Below are positions 51,129 through 63,583 of a stretch of DNA of 64,000 nt, piece after piece. Within the stretch, counting starts at the first letter, position 1, and every line of letters starts with the position of its first letter. The notes beneath the pieces were generated by a model that saw only the letters and a list, made by a program, of their open reading frames with translations, had not been told where the DNA came from and did no database searches. The DNA is from Mobula hypostoma. Lineage: Eukaryota. Both the position numbers and the translations under genes were made by a program. Location of the stretch: contig NC_086109.1 of the NCBI RefSeq assembly GCF_963921235.1, positions 8,496,001 to 8,560,000 of the forward strand, given 5' to 3'.

Positions 51129-51343
51129 ATTCTGCAGATGCTGGAATAGAAGAGCAAAATGCTGGAAGAACATTCTGCAGATGCAGGAAATCTGGAGCAA
51201 AATTGTGGAGGAACATTCTGCAGATGCAGGAAATCCAGAGCAAAATGCTGGAGGAACACTCTGCAGGTGCAGGAAATCCAGAGCAAAATGCTGGAGGAAC
51301 ATTCTGCAGATGCAGGAAATCCAAAGCAAAATGCTGGTGAAAC
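51129..51343. repeat. Tandem repeat, 5 x 43 bp, derived from the Penelope 3' tail
   Basis: Units start at 51129, 51172, 51215, 51258 and 51301 (attctgcagatgcaggaaatccagagcaaaatgctggaggaac). Confidence 0.95.
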
Positions 51344-52090
51344 TCAGCAGGTCAGGCAGCATCTATGGAGGGGAATAAACAGTCAATGTTTTGGGCTGAG
51401 GCCCTTTATGAGAATAAGTGCAGTGCTGGTAATTGTTTTAAATTGATTTACCGAAATTTAAATGCATTCAAGTGGAATATATATATACATATTTTATCCA
51501 TGCAACATTTTCTTCAACTCTTTTTAAAATATAACGGTTCTATTCCACCACCTATTCACTGTCCCAATATTTTCCCCTCCAAAATCAAATATTATTTGTA
51601 TTACTATTGCATAACAATAAGGCAGTACAGTGTGGGTATGAAAGCTACAATTGTGACCCACAATAGCAAATGGGTCAACAGCCAATGACTTGCTGGCGTT
51701 GGTAAAGGAAATCTCGCACTAACTTTGTTGTAGCTATGTTTCCTGATGATAAATCTGAATGTACTTCCAAAGCAGCAGAGAAATGAATGCATTTGAAAGC
51801 AACAGAAAGAAGGGCTGCGACAGTAGGACAGAGGTCAGTGAGAAGACACTATTACAGTCGGGGTATCGGAGTTTGGAGTTCATTTCCGACGCCGTCTGTG
51901 CGTTCTCCCCATGAACATGTGGATTTCCTCCGGGTGCTCCGGTTTCCTCCTAGAGTCCGAGGACATACCAGTTAGTAGGTTATTTGGTCATTGTAAATTG
52001 TCCTGTGATTAGGCTAGGGTTAAATAGGTGGGTTGTTGGGTGGTGCAGTTCGTTGGGCCGGAAGAGTCTGTTCCACGCTGTATCTCTAAA

Positions 52091-52530
52091 TCATCATCAC
52101 CATTGTGTGCCGTGTCATATGACATCATCATTATGTGCCATGCCGTATGATATCATCATTATGTGCCGTGTCGTATGAAGTGGGCGATTATGGACTGTTG
52201 ACCATGACTATTCTTGGCGAATTTTTCTACAGAAGTGGTTCGCCATTGCCTTCTTCTGGGCAGTGTCTTTACAAGACAGGTGACCCCAGCCGTTATCAAT
52301 ACTCTATAGAGACTGTCTGCCTGGGGTCAGTCAGTGGTTGCATAGCCAGGACATGTGATATGCACCAGCTGCTCCTACGACCGTCCACCACCTGATCCCA
52401 TGGCTTCATGTGACCCTGATCAGGGGGTTAAGCAGGTGCTACACCTTGCCCAAGGGTGACCTGCTGGCTAGCAGAGGGAAGGAGCACCTTACATCTCCTT
52501 TGGTAGAGACGTATCTCCACACTGCCACCC
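52091..52530 (-). mobile_element. RTE-tailed retroposon with triplicated ~28-bp tail unit
   Basis: Reverse complement of the 26517-26893 family. Confidence 0.75.
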
Positions 52531-52571
52531 ATTATCTCTAAATAAATACATTCATTAATTAAATGTCTTTG

Positions 52572-52920
52572 ACAGCACAGTAGTGTAGTGACTAGCAAAT
52601 GCTTTACAGTGCCAACGACAGGGGTTCCACCCCAATGCTGTCTGTAAGGATCACGGTTCAATTCCTGCCACTGTTTGTAAGGAGTTTGTACGTTCTCCAT
52701 GTGACCGCGTGGGCTTCCTCCGGGTGCTCCGGTTTCCTCCCACATTCCAAACACGCACAGGTTGGGGTTAGTAAGTATGGGCATGCCATGCTGGTGGCAA
52801 AGCTATGGAGACACTTGCAGGCTGCCCCTAGCACAATCTTTGGACTGTGTTGATGCAAACGATGCATTTCACTGTATGTTTTAGAGTTGCGATGTACACC
52901 TGACATATAAAGCTGATTAT
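52572..52920 (+). mobile_element. V-domain SINE (tail type 2)
   Basis: B box ggttcaattcc, V core, tail ...gcatttcactgtatg...taaagctgatt. Confidence 0.78.
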
Positions 52921-54206
52921 CAGTCTGTCACGCAGTGGTCTGTGACAGACCATCTACCTGAGACCTAGTCAGTGCTTGCAGTCTGCTGAGCCTCACAGAG
53001 TAAGCGAGCCAACAAAGGGTTATGCAGTCAGAACAGGTTAGTGAAGCTGCATTGTTTGGGGTGGGTGGGGGGGGGGACAGCCATTTTGTTTCTGAAAGCT
53101 AAAAGCATTGCAATAACTCCGGGCAGAAATATTTCTCCCACCCTGAGTTAGATTTTCTCTCTCGTTCGTATGACGACTGATGGCCAGGAAGAAGATAGGA
53201 ATGTTCCAGGCTTCTTACCTCTGGCGGTGGGATGTGCGAACAGCCAGCTGTCAGCCAGCTTGCTCTTTTCAGGTGCCTTTTCTGTAGGTCCTGTGACACC
53301 TGACCTTCTGCTGGTGTCATGACCTTAATGTCAATTCCCCTGGTACGCTACCGCTAGCAGGGGTCACAATTGAAATGATACCCTCTATAGACAGATTATG
53401 TGTAGGGTCTAAAAACACACACTAATGTATCTGTTAGCAAGCTCTGGTTTTTTTGTAAACCAAGTAAGTCTAACCCTAGGGGGAGATCGTACAAGTGTTC
53501 AGAGTTATAAGGAACCACTATTTCATATAAAGAGGGAACACAGAACATAGAACAGTATAGGCCCTTCGGCCTACAATGTTGTGTCATCCTTTTAACCCTT
53601 CCTTCCCACATAGCCCTCCATTTTTCTATCATCCATACCCAAGAGTTTCATAAATGTCCATAATGTATCTGCCTCTAGCACCAAAAAAATCTACCTCTAA
53701 CATCCCCCCTCTACTTTCCTCCAATTACTTATAATTTTGTCCTCTCATACCATTGCTGCCCTGGGAAAATGGCGCCTGCTGCCAGTGCCTCATCATCTTA
53801 CATAACTCTATCAAGTCACCTCTCAAACCTCCTTCGCTTCAAATGAGAAAAAGCCCCAGCTCACTTCACCTATCCTCACAAGAAATACTCTAATCCAGTC
53901 ATCATCCCAGCAAGAATCTCCTCTGCATCCACATTCCTCCTGTAAGGAGGACCCAGTGCTGGGTGATGGAATCAAGCTTTGGTCAGTCAACACAGACAGG
54001 ATGGGTTGAATGGCCTCTATTTGGGAAGTTCACTTTCAGTGATTCAATGGTTATTACATTCCTATTGAGACCTAACTATTCATAAGGCTGGAAGGAAGGG
54101 TCTGAGTCAGAACAAGAACTCAGCACAAACTCACCATGAATGGAAATTAAAAACAAAATTTCTGGGAACACTTAGCGGGGTTAACCTGAATCTGTAAGAA
54201 GATAAA

Positions 54207-54359
54207 CAAGAGAAAATCTGCAGATGCTGGAAATCTGAACAACACACACAAAATGCTGGAGGAGCTCAGCAGGCCAGACAGCATCGGGCCGAAACGTCAA
54301 CTGTACTTTTTTCCATAGATGCTACCCGGCTTGCTGACTTCCTCCAGAATTTTGTGCGT
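54207..54359. mobile_element. Mini inverted Penelope 3'-end dimer with 16-bp TSD
   Basis: tctgtaagaagataaa at 54191-54206 and 54360-54375. Confidence 0.85.
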
Positions 54360-54529
54360 TCTGTAAGAAGATAAATTGGGTAAAAGACTCATCAGACCCC
54401 ACTTCAGATATTCATCTTGTTTTTCTTCCCGCAGATATGGCCGAATCCGCTGAGCATTTCCAGCATTTTCTGTTTTTGGTTTTACATTTCCAGCATCTGG
54501 AATTTCTTTTTTAAATTTCAGTTAAGATA

Positions 54530-54830
54530 TTTATTTATTTATTTATTTATTTATTGAGCTACATCATGGAGTAGGTCCTCTCGTCCCTTTGAGCCGCATC
54601 GCCCAGCAATCCCCCGTTTTAACCCGAGCCTAATCACACAACAACTTACAATGACCAATTAACCTACTAACCGGTACATCTTTGGACTGTGGGAGGAAAC
54701 CGGAGCACCCGGAGGAAACCCACGCAGTCACGGGTAGAACGTACAAATTCCTTGCAAGCAGCAGTGGGAATTGAAGCTGGGCCGCCTGTACTATAAACCG
54801 TTATGCTAATCACTACTGCACCGTGCCGCC
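54530..54830 (-). mobile_element. V-domain SINE
   Basis: V core and (taaa)n tail. Confidence 0.8.
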
Positions 54831-56719
54831 CAAAGGTAGAACGACAAGATATAGGAAAAGATATCTGGCCCATTAAATCTGCTCTGCCATTCCATCATAG
54901 CTGATTACTTTCAGCACCATTCTCCCCGTAAACATTAACCCCCTTACCAACCTAGAACCTATCAGTCTCTGCCTTAAATAAACCTAATGACTTACCTCCA
55001 CAGCTGTTGTGGCAACAAATTCCTGGCTGAAGAAATTCCGCTTCATCACAGTTCTAAAGGAATATCCCTTTATCTTGAGGCGTGCCATCAGGTCCTAGAC
55101 TCTCCGACTAATGGCAACATTTCCTCCACATCCACTCTTTTGGTATCTGGTAGATTTCAATGAGATCTCCTTCCATGAATGCAATCTGCTCACTTATCCC
55201 TCCTTTCAACGAGTATCAGGAGATCCAGATCATTATAGCCATTATAAACATAGAACAAAGAACATAGGCCACAGAACAGTACAGTACAGACATGGGCCCT
55301 TCTGTCCACAATGTTGAGCCAAAATAACTAAGTGAGTAATCAAATTCCCACTAAACCCAGAGTTCCCAACCATTTTATGCCATGGGCCCCTGCCATTAAC
55401 CGAAGGGTCTGTGGACCCCTGTTTTAACCCCTTCTGCCTACACAATGTCCATATGCCATAAGTTCATGTGCCTTTCTCAGTGTCTCTTGAGCACCTCCGT
55501 TGTATTTGGCTCCACTACCAACCAGGCAGTACATTGCAGGCACCCACCACCCTCTGTGTAAGAAACCTGCCTCACACATCCCCATAAGACATGGGAGCAG
55601 AATTGGGCTATTCGGCCCATCAAGTTTGTTCTGTCATTCCATCATGGCAGAATTATTATCCATCATCTCCATTCTCCTGCCTTCTCCCTGTAAAGTTTGG
55701 CACCCTTCTTGATCAAGAACCTACCAATCTCTGCTTTAAATATACCGAATGACTTGGTCACCACAGTGCCTGTGGCAATGAATTCCACAAATTCACCACC
55801 CCCAAGCTAAAGAAATTTCTCCACATCTCTATTCTAAAGGGACATCCTTCTATTCTGAGGCTGTGCACTCTGGTCCTAGGCTCCCCCACTGTCGGAAACA
55901 TCCTCTCCACATCCACTCTATCTAAGCCTTTCAATATTCAACATGTTTCAATGAGATCCCCTCTTATTCTTTTTTGGACTTATTTTGAAGTTATCCCCTC
56001 CCTCCACAAATAATATTTAATAGCTCAACCTGGGAACAAGATACTGGAAATCTACTCTATAATTTTATAAACCTCTATCAAATCTCCCTCCATCCTCCAC
56101 CATTCTAGAGAAAACAACCCAAGCAGATACAGCAGGCATCAAAGCTCCACATCTGTTGGTCGTCACATGTAATTCCTTGACCCCAGGAATTCTGAAAACC
56201 CTGGAAAGGTTTAAATCAGTGGTTCCCAAACTTTCTTGGCTTCCAGACCACATCCCTAGCTCCTCCATGTCCCTTTCCAGCAAATACATGAAAACTATAA
56301 AAAATTCTGATTTACAATGCACAGTGAAAGAAAATACGAACTGCATATTCAAAGCAGTGACAAATAATTGCAAAAATTATTCATATCTACTTAAAGCCAC
56401 ATATTTCTTTATTTAAGCACAGTAAAAACAATTTTCATCAACAATTTTAAAGTGTACATTAGTAATCCAACTATTCACTACTTCATTGCTTTTTCACCTT
56501 TCAATGAGATGCATGGGCTTGGTACAGTGATATCACCCTCTCAGCATCAGGTTGCATGTCACTCAGAAGGCATGTCAGCTCCCCAGGTTCAGTGATTCCC
56601 AGTCTGTTTCGTTGCTTTGAAACCTGCACCAAAACCACGCTCCATTAAATGTGATGTTGGAAAGGCAATAAAGGCCACCTTAACCTTTTTCCACAGTTCA
56701 GAATAGCATTCAGAGATTC

Positions 56720-58078
56720 CCTGAATGCTTGAAGCTGTCATTAAGGAAGAAATAACAAAACATTTAGAAAGGAGTGGTTCCATTAGACAGATGCAGCATG
56801 GATTCGGAAAGGGCAGGTCCTGTTTGACAGACTTACTGGAGTTCTTTGAGGACATAATGAGTGCAGTGGATAGAGGGGAACAGGTGGATGTCACATACTT
56901 GGATTTCCAGAAGGTGTTCGATAAGGTGCCGCACAAGAGACTTATAAATAAGATACGGGTGCATGGAGTCAGAGGAGGTGTATTGGCATGGATAGTGGAT
57001 TGGTTAACCAATAGAAGGCAGAGAGTTGGTATAAATGGGTGTTTCTCTGGTTGGCAGTCAGTGGTAAGTGGGGTGCCGCAGGGGTCGGTGCTGGGCCCGC
57101 AGCTGTTTACCATTTACATTGATGATTTGGAGGAGGGGACTGAGTGTAGCGTAGCAAAATTTGCTGATGACACTAAACTGAGTGGAAAATCAAATTGTAC
57201 AGAGGATGTGGAGAGTTTGCAGAGGGATATAGATAGGTTAAGTGGGTGGACCAAGATCTGGCAGATGGAATACAACGTTGGTAAATGCGAGATCATCCAC
57301 TTTGGAAGGAATAATCGAAGAGCAGAGTATTACTTAAATAGTGAAAGATTTCAGCATGCTGTTGTGCCAAGGGACTTGAGAGTGCTTGTTCACAAATCGC
57401 AAAAAGTTGGCTTGCAGGTACAATAGGTTATTAAGAAGGCAAACGGAATGTTGGCCTTCATTGCTAGAGGGATTGAATTCAAGAACAGGGAGGTCATGCT
57501 GCAACTATACAGGGTACTGGTGAGACTGCACCTGGAGTACTGTGTGCAGTTCTGGTCTCCAATACTTGAGAGGAAGGATATACTGGCTATGGAAGCAGTG
57601 CAGAGGAGGTTCACCAGGTTGATTCTAGGGATGAAGGGGTTAACTTGAGGAGAGATTGAGTTGCCTGGGACTATATTCTCTGGAGTTCAGAAGAATGACA
57701 GGGGATCTTATAGAAACATACAAAATTTTGAAAGGGATAGATAAAAAAGAAGTAGGAAAGTTGTTTCCATCGGTAGGTGAGACTAGAACGAGGGGACATT
57801 GCCTCAAGATTCAGGGGAGAAGATTTCGGACAGAGACGAGGAGAAACTGTTTTTCCCAGAGAGTGGTGAATCTGTGGAATTCCCTGCCCGGGGAGGCAAT
57901 TGAGGCTTCCTCACTAAATATATTTAAGAAACAGTTAGATAGGTTTTTACATAGTAAGGGAATTAAGGGTTATGGGGAATGAGCTGAGTTTACAGACAGA
58001 TCAGCCACGATCTTATTGAATGGCGGGGCAGGCTCAATGGGCCGGATGGCCCACTCCTGCTCCTATTTCTTATGTTCT
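56720..58078 (+). mobile_element. CR1 3' fragment (RT) nested in the hAT element
   Basis: ORFs 56725..57426, 57448..57648 and 57656..57982 with CR1 RT motifs. Confidence 0.95.
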
Positions 58079-58988
58079 TTCTGCAACCAGAAGTCTTGAC
58101 ATGATTTTCTGAGCCTCAGCTTCAGCTCAAAGTCATTCTGTATCCAGATCAGTTCTTCCTCCATCCTTCCTGTTGTTTCCTCATTACAAGTGTTCAGGAA
58201 TGGATTTGTTGCCCAATCTGGAACTTGGATCGAGAGAAGATCCCTGAAATCTCTCTGACAGGTCTTTATGCAGCTCACCCAGGTGGGCACAGTGTACTTG
58301 AAGATCGTCATCTGGTATTCTTTCTTTCTCTTCCAACTCAGAGAAGCTTGGAAATTGGAAAAGGTCGCAATGGCCAATGTGCATTTAAATGGGGTTAACT
58401 TGGACAGAAATGTGGAGACAACTGATTTGACTTTCAAAAGATTTACATCATTTCCTTGCAAGTGAGGATTATTTCATTAAACTTTGTGAATAATTCTGAC
58501 AAATAAGCAATGTCATGCCTGATATTCTTGAATTGATGACTGGATGAAGCATTTGAATCTTCGAAGAATTTTATCACAGTTTTTAAAAGCATCTCAGTTT
58601 CGTTTTGAGGGCCATATGAATTCTGTTGACTTATATGTGCATCAGCAAACATTCAGACAGTTCATCATTCTTAATACAATGCTCTGGAAATAGTCAAGAA
58701 TTGAGAGCTTGGGTCTTGATTTTATTTACCGCTGTGATAACAGTATTTAATGATCTGTGCAGCTGATCACTCAGGTTTTTTGTGACAACATGTCTGTGAA
58801 TTATACAGTGAATGGTATATTTGTCAGGTACGGTTCTTTTCAAGAAAATAATAACCCCACGGTGGTCTCATGTCATAGATGGTTCCCCATTTGTTGTACA
58901 AGAAAGAAGGTTGGTGAGCAGAATGTTCTTCTCTTTGAAAAGTTGCTCAACAACCTGAAATATTAGCTCCCCTTTTGTATCTGTTTCT

Positions 58989-59397
58989 TACTTACTTACT
59001 GCCCGTTCTGCCACTGGCATTTAGGGCAGAAATGAAGGTCCTCCGTTTCCGGCTATGTTCAGTGCTTCCTTCATCATGTCAGTAGTTTCCTCTTGGTTTT
59101 CACCACTGTCAGCCATGAAAGTCCCAGGTGACACTCAGGAATAACGCTGCACTTCTTCATTGCTGTTTCTGTAACAGTTTTGTTTTACCAGTCACGGTTG
59201 TTAGCTCTGAGCAGAACCCCTGAATGTAGAGAACCAGTGGATCAATCTTAACATGGCCTCTACTCTTTGACCTGTTTAGCATGGGTGACCCCACCAAGAG
59301 CCAAAGCATAAAGCCCCTACTCCAACCAACCTATCTCTCCAGATCACTGAGGAACATAAGCCTCCAAAGCACGACAAGGTTACGGTCCTCTTAAAGG
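58989..59397 (-). mobile_element. Non-autonomous RTE derivative nested in the hAT element
   Basis: 10-bp TSD atctgtttct (58979-58988, 59398-59407); (taag)n tail. Confidence 0.75.
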
Positions 59398-59949
59398 ATC
59401 TGTTTCTAGTCCCCTTGCAAATAACAATTCTTGCACCATGCATTCATCTCTTATAAAGTGAACATAGCCAGAAAGCAAAGTTTCGTTGCCTGGTAAAGTT
59501 GACTCATCCAACTGCAGAGCAAATTATGTTGTCCTAAGTATGTTGCATAATGTGTCTTCCACATTCTCAGATATTTCAATTATGTAATCATCTTTGAACA
59601 GAATTGTCACTGAGTGGGATCCCTCTAATTATTTGGTTTGGTGACTTGTGAAAAAACTGTACTCAGAATCTCCCTTACTGCTGGCAGAATCAGTTCTTCT
59701 CCAATTATATGTGGCTTTCCAGATTTAGAAATGAACAATAAAATGTTGTATGAGGCACGCAAACCATCCGTGTTTTGCTGTGAAGTGCTGGCAAACATGT
59801 TTTGAAGTGCTTTCTGTTTCTGAAAGTTTTCACGGTGACTGAAAATAAACCAAGTTCTTGTTTGCTCTACTAGAGTGTATTCTCTTCAAACGTTCTAGGA
59901 GCCTGAATGGTTTCATTGCCTCAGTTGAAAAAACTTCTTCGCACAACAG

Positions 59950-60765
59950 ACGGATGGAATTTAATGTAGACAAGTGCAAGGTGTTGCACTTTGGTAGGAC
60001 CAACCAGGGTAGGTATTATACAGTGAACAGTAGAGCACTGAGGAATGCTGTAGAACAAAGGGATCTGGGAATACAGGTTCATAATTCATTGAAAGTGGCG
60101 TCACAGGTAGATAGAGTCATAAACAAAGCTTTTGGCACATTGGTCTTCTTAAATCACTGAGTACAGGAGATGGGATGTATTGTTAAAGTTGTATAAGACG
60201 TTGGTGAGGCCTAAGTTGGAGTACTGTGTGCAGTTTTGGTCATTTACCTACAGGAAGGATGTAAACAAGATAGAGAGAATACAGAGAAAATTTACTGGAA
60301 TGTTGTCAGGACTGGAGGACCTGAGTTATAAGATTGAATAGGTTAGGACTTTATTTCTGGGAGCACAGAAACTTGAGGGGATATTTGATAGAAGTATACA
60401 AAATTATGAGGGGTATAGATACAACAAATGCAAGCAGGCTTCTTCCACTGAAGTTTGGTGGGACTACATCTAGAGGTCATGGTTTAAAGGAGAAAGGTGA
60501 AAATTTTAAGGAGACATGAGGGGAAATGTCTTCATTCAGAGGGTCATGAAAGTATGGAAAGAGCTGCTAGCGCAAGAGGTGCATGTGAACTCGATTTCAA
60601 CATTTAAGGGAAGTTTGGATAGCTACATGAATGGTAGGGGTATGAAGAGCTAAGGTCTCCATGCAAGTCGATGGAAGTAGGTAGTCTAAATGGCTCAGCA
60701 CAGACTAGATGGGCTGAAGGGCCTGTTTCTGCTGTACTTTTTTACGACTCCTTGACTCTATGACA
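59950..60765 (+). mobile_element. CR1 3' fragment nested in the hAT element
   Basis: MEFNVDKCKVLHFG, LVRPKLEYCVQFW, RGYLIEVYKIM. Confidence 0.9.
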
Positions 60766-61764
60766 ATTGTTGCTGTTGGTTGCTTGGTGCTGGTATAAAT
60801 CCATATTTCAAATACTCAACACTGTACTGTCTATAATTCTTGCCCGTTTGGTCTGCTTCTGCCATTTTCATTATGGATTAACGACCACGGTCAACCACCT
60901 GCTGTTTAAGCCAACCTCAAGCGCTGCAATCAATAAAGGGGAAAGTTATGACGTCATCAGAGCTCAGGCAAAACCTGACTCTCTTCCTGAAGGTACATAA
61001 AGTGAGGAAACGTTATCTCAATTGGGCCATGGGCCAGATGAATGTGGTGAAGACCAGATCCTAATTCACAGGAAATGCATCTCTGCCTGATTAGAGTAGG
61101 GAATCGTTCTAACTACTTACAGTGGTGAATGGCAATCATATGCAGGCTGGGCCTGGAACTAGCACGATTTCTTCATCCAGATGTCTCAGGATATACCAAA
61201 CACAGAAGTGTCAAAAACTATAACACACTTCAAGGAAAGTTTAGGAGAATGGTGGTTTAGCAAGAGATGAGGTGATTACTTGATCATTGTAATCAGTTAT
61301 GAAATACTGGGGGTCAAATGCTCATTTCTGAAATTAAGCCTGTAATCCTTCAGCTGTCTTCTTGCTACCCCACACTGCCCCCTTTATCTTTATCACCCCT
61401 TAGGAACTCCCACCACCCCCAAGGGGGCGATAATCACCCACTCTGGAGGCAAGGGAGAACTTGCTTGGAGCCATATCACATCCAGAGTTAGTTGGAACCA
61501 ATGATGCTTCAGCTGCAGATGTGGCTTCAATACCAAGTGTGGTTTGCTTGGGGTAACTGACTCCTTTACTGAAGTATCGAATGGTACATCAGCAAATACC
61601 AGCCACTTAATGAGCAATTTCAATCTGTTTTTCCCCCAGCTGCTGGCACCCAACTGACGGGTAGTGCTAAGACGCACCTGTGGTTTTTGGTGCTGAGTTG
61701 CTTAGCAACATGTTTGTGCTTCTGCTGGCTGCCACGCAAATTTAACACCTTAATTCGTAAATGT

Positions 61765-62425
61765 TAATGGGAGACCGCTTCATCGAGCACCGTCACTTCT
61801 TCCACTACAAAAAGCAGCATTTCTCGGGGGCCACCCATTTCAATCCGACTTCCCATTCCCATTCTGACGTGTCAGTGCACGGCCTCCCCTACTGTTGTGA
61901 CAAGACCACGCTCAGGTTTGGAGGAGCAACACCTTATATTCCGTCTGGGTAGCCTCCAGCCTAGTGGCAAGAACATCGATTTCTCAAACTTCCAATAACT
62001 GCCCCCACACCCCCCCATCTCCATTCCCATTTCCCTCTCACACCTTATCTCCGTACCTGCCCATCACCTCCCTCTGGTGCTTCTCCCTCTTCCCTTTCTT
62101 CCATGGTCTTCTGTCCTCTCCTATCAGACTTCCCCTTCTCCAGCCCGTTATCTTTTCCACCAATCAACTTCCCAGCTCTATAGTCCATCCCTCCCCCTCT
62201 CCTGCCTTCACCTATCACCTGCCACCTTGTACGTCTTCCTCCCCTAGCCCCCACCTTCATAATCTGACTTCTTCCCTCTTCCTTCCCACTCCTGATGAAG
62301 GGTCTCGACCTAAAACGTCGACTGTTTATTCCCATCCACAGATGGTGCCTGACCTGCTGGGCTCCTCCAGCACCTCGGGTGTATCACTCTAGATTTTCAG
62401 CATCTGCAGTACCTCTTGTGTCTAA
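61765..62425 (+). mobile_element. Penelope-like 3' end
   Basis: GDRFIEH...THFN..SHSHSD remnant; hammerhead near 62290 with GAAA changed to AAAA; tail. Confidence 0.85.
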
Positions 62426-62634
62426 AGTTTATGTCAACTTTATTGCAGTGGCAAGCTCCATTTCGGTAAATTCTCTGTGTACTGGAGACCAGCCGTTACA
62501 CCCTGATCCATGGAGCCACACACGCCGCCAGGAATTGTTCATTTTGCATAAAAGCCGAGATGTTCGTGTTCTCGTGCCAGTGAAGGTTCATTTCTCAGGT
62601 TTATGTACAACATAGCGGGGTGTGTTTGGGCACG

Positions 62635-62905
62635 GGCGCCACGGCCGTGGGTAGCATTCCAGAGTTCGGAGTTCAATTCCAGCGCCATTCTGTAAGGAGT
62701 TCGTACGTCCTCCTCGTGGAGTGCTTGGGTTTCCCCCGGCTGCTCCGGTTTCCTCCCACAGTCCAAACACGTACCGGGTAGATTGATTGGTGATTGTAAG
62801 TTGCCCTGTGGTTAGGTTAGGGTTATTTGGGTTTGTCAGGGGTTGCTGAGCCAGAGGGGCTCGAAGGGTTGGAGGTGCTGACTCCACGCTGTATCACTAA
62901 ATTAA
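62635..62905 (+). mobile_element. V-domain SINE
   Basis: A/B-box-like head and V core. Confidence 0.75.
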
Positions 62906-63019
62906 GAAAGCAAAGTCTGTACCTGCTTTCAGTTCCACTCCCCATGTTTCTGCCATCTACTCTGGCCTCCAGTGCTGTCCGTTTAGAATCTGCATGTGCT
63001 GTCCACAACCGTGTGGATT

Positions 63020-63583
63020 TCAATCTTTCCTTATAACTCAGGTCCTCCAGTCCTGCCAACATCCTTGTAAATTTTCTCTGCACCCTTTCAACCTTGCTTA
63101 CATCTTTCCTGTCGGTAGCCGATCAAAACTGCACACAGTAGTCCAAGCAACACGCACAGATTGCTGGAGGAACTCAGCAGGCCAGGCAGCATCTATGGCA
63201 AAGAGTACAGTCGACATTTTGGGCGGAGACCCTTCAGCAGGTCTCTTTTCCGTGGATGCTGCCTGGTCTGCTGAGTTCCTCCAGCATCTTGTGTGTGTTG
63301 CTCGGATTCCCAGCATCTGCAGATTTTCTCTTGCTTGTCCCAGTACTCCAAATTCGGCCTCACCAACGCCTTATTCAACATAACATGCCATCTCCCCTAC
63401 TCAGTGCCTTGATTTATGAAGGCCAATGGGCCAAAAGCTTTCTTTACAGCCCCCTCTACATGTGACACCACTTTCATGGAATTATGGATCTGTGTTCCCA
63501 GATCCTCCTGTTCTACTGCACCTCTCAGTGCCCTACTGTTCACTGTGTAAGACCTACCCCGGCTGGTCCTGCCAAGGTGCAAT
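63020..63583 (-). mobile_element. CR1 fragment containing a mini inverted Penelope dimer (63146-63340)
   Basis: LVRPNLEY and HLGRTSRGRSYTVN remnants. Confidence 0.8.

Larger units (their letters stand above)
56217..60871 (-). pseudogene. hAT Buster/Charlie-family transposon; transposase pseudogene (about 60865 to 56501) split by three insertions
   Basis: TIR cagtggttcccaaact at 56217; BED finger RQYSVEYLKYGFI...CLLCEEVFSTEAMKP; FALQLDEST; IAYLSELF; FWLQK; FPTSHLMERGF; C-terminal QAHASH*. Confidence 0.88.

Noticed and set aside
51129..51343. CRISPR-like array
   Set aside because: Units are contiguous with no unique spacers, derive from a Penelope tail, and there are no cas genes; the context is eukaryotic
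53099..53320. Possible host exon (minus-strand ORF with GAG|gtaaga donor)
   Set aside because: No recognisable protein similarity; such signals arise by chance
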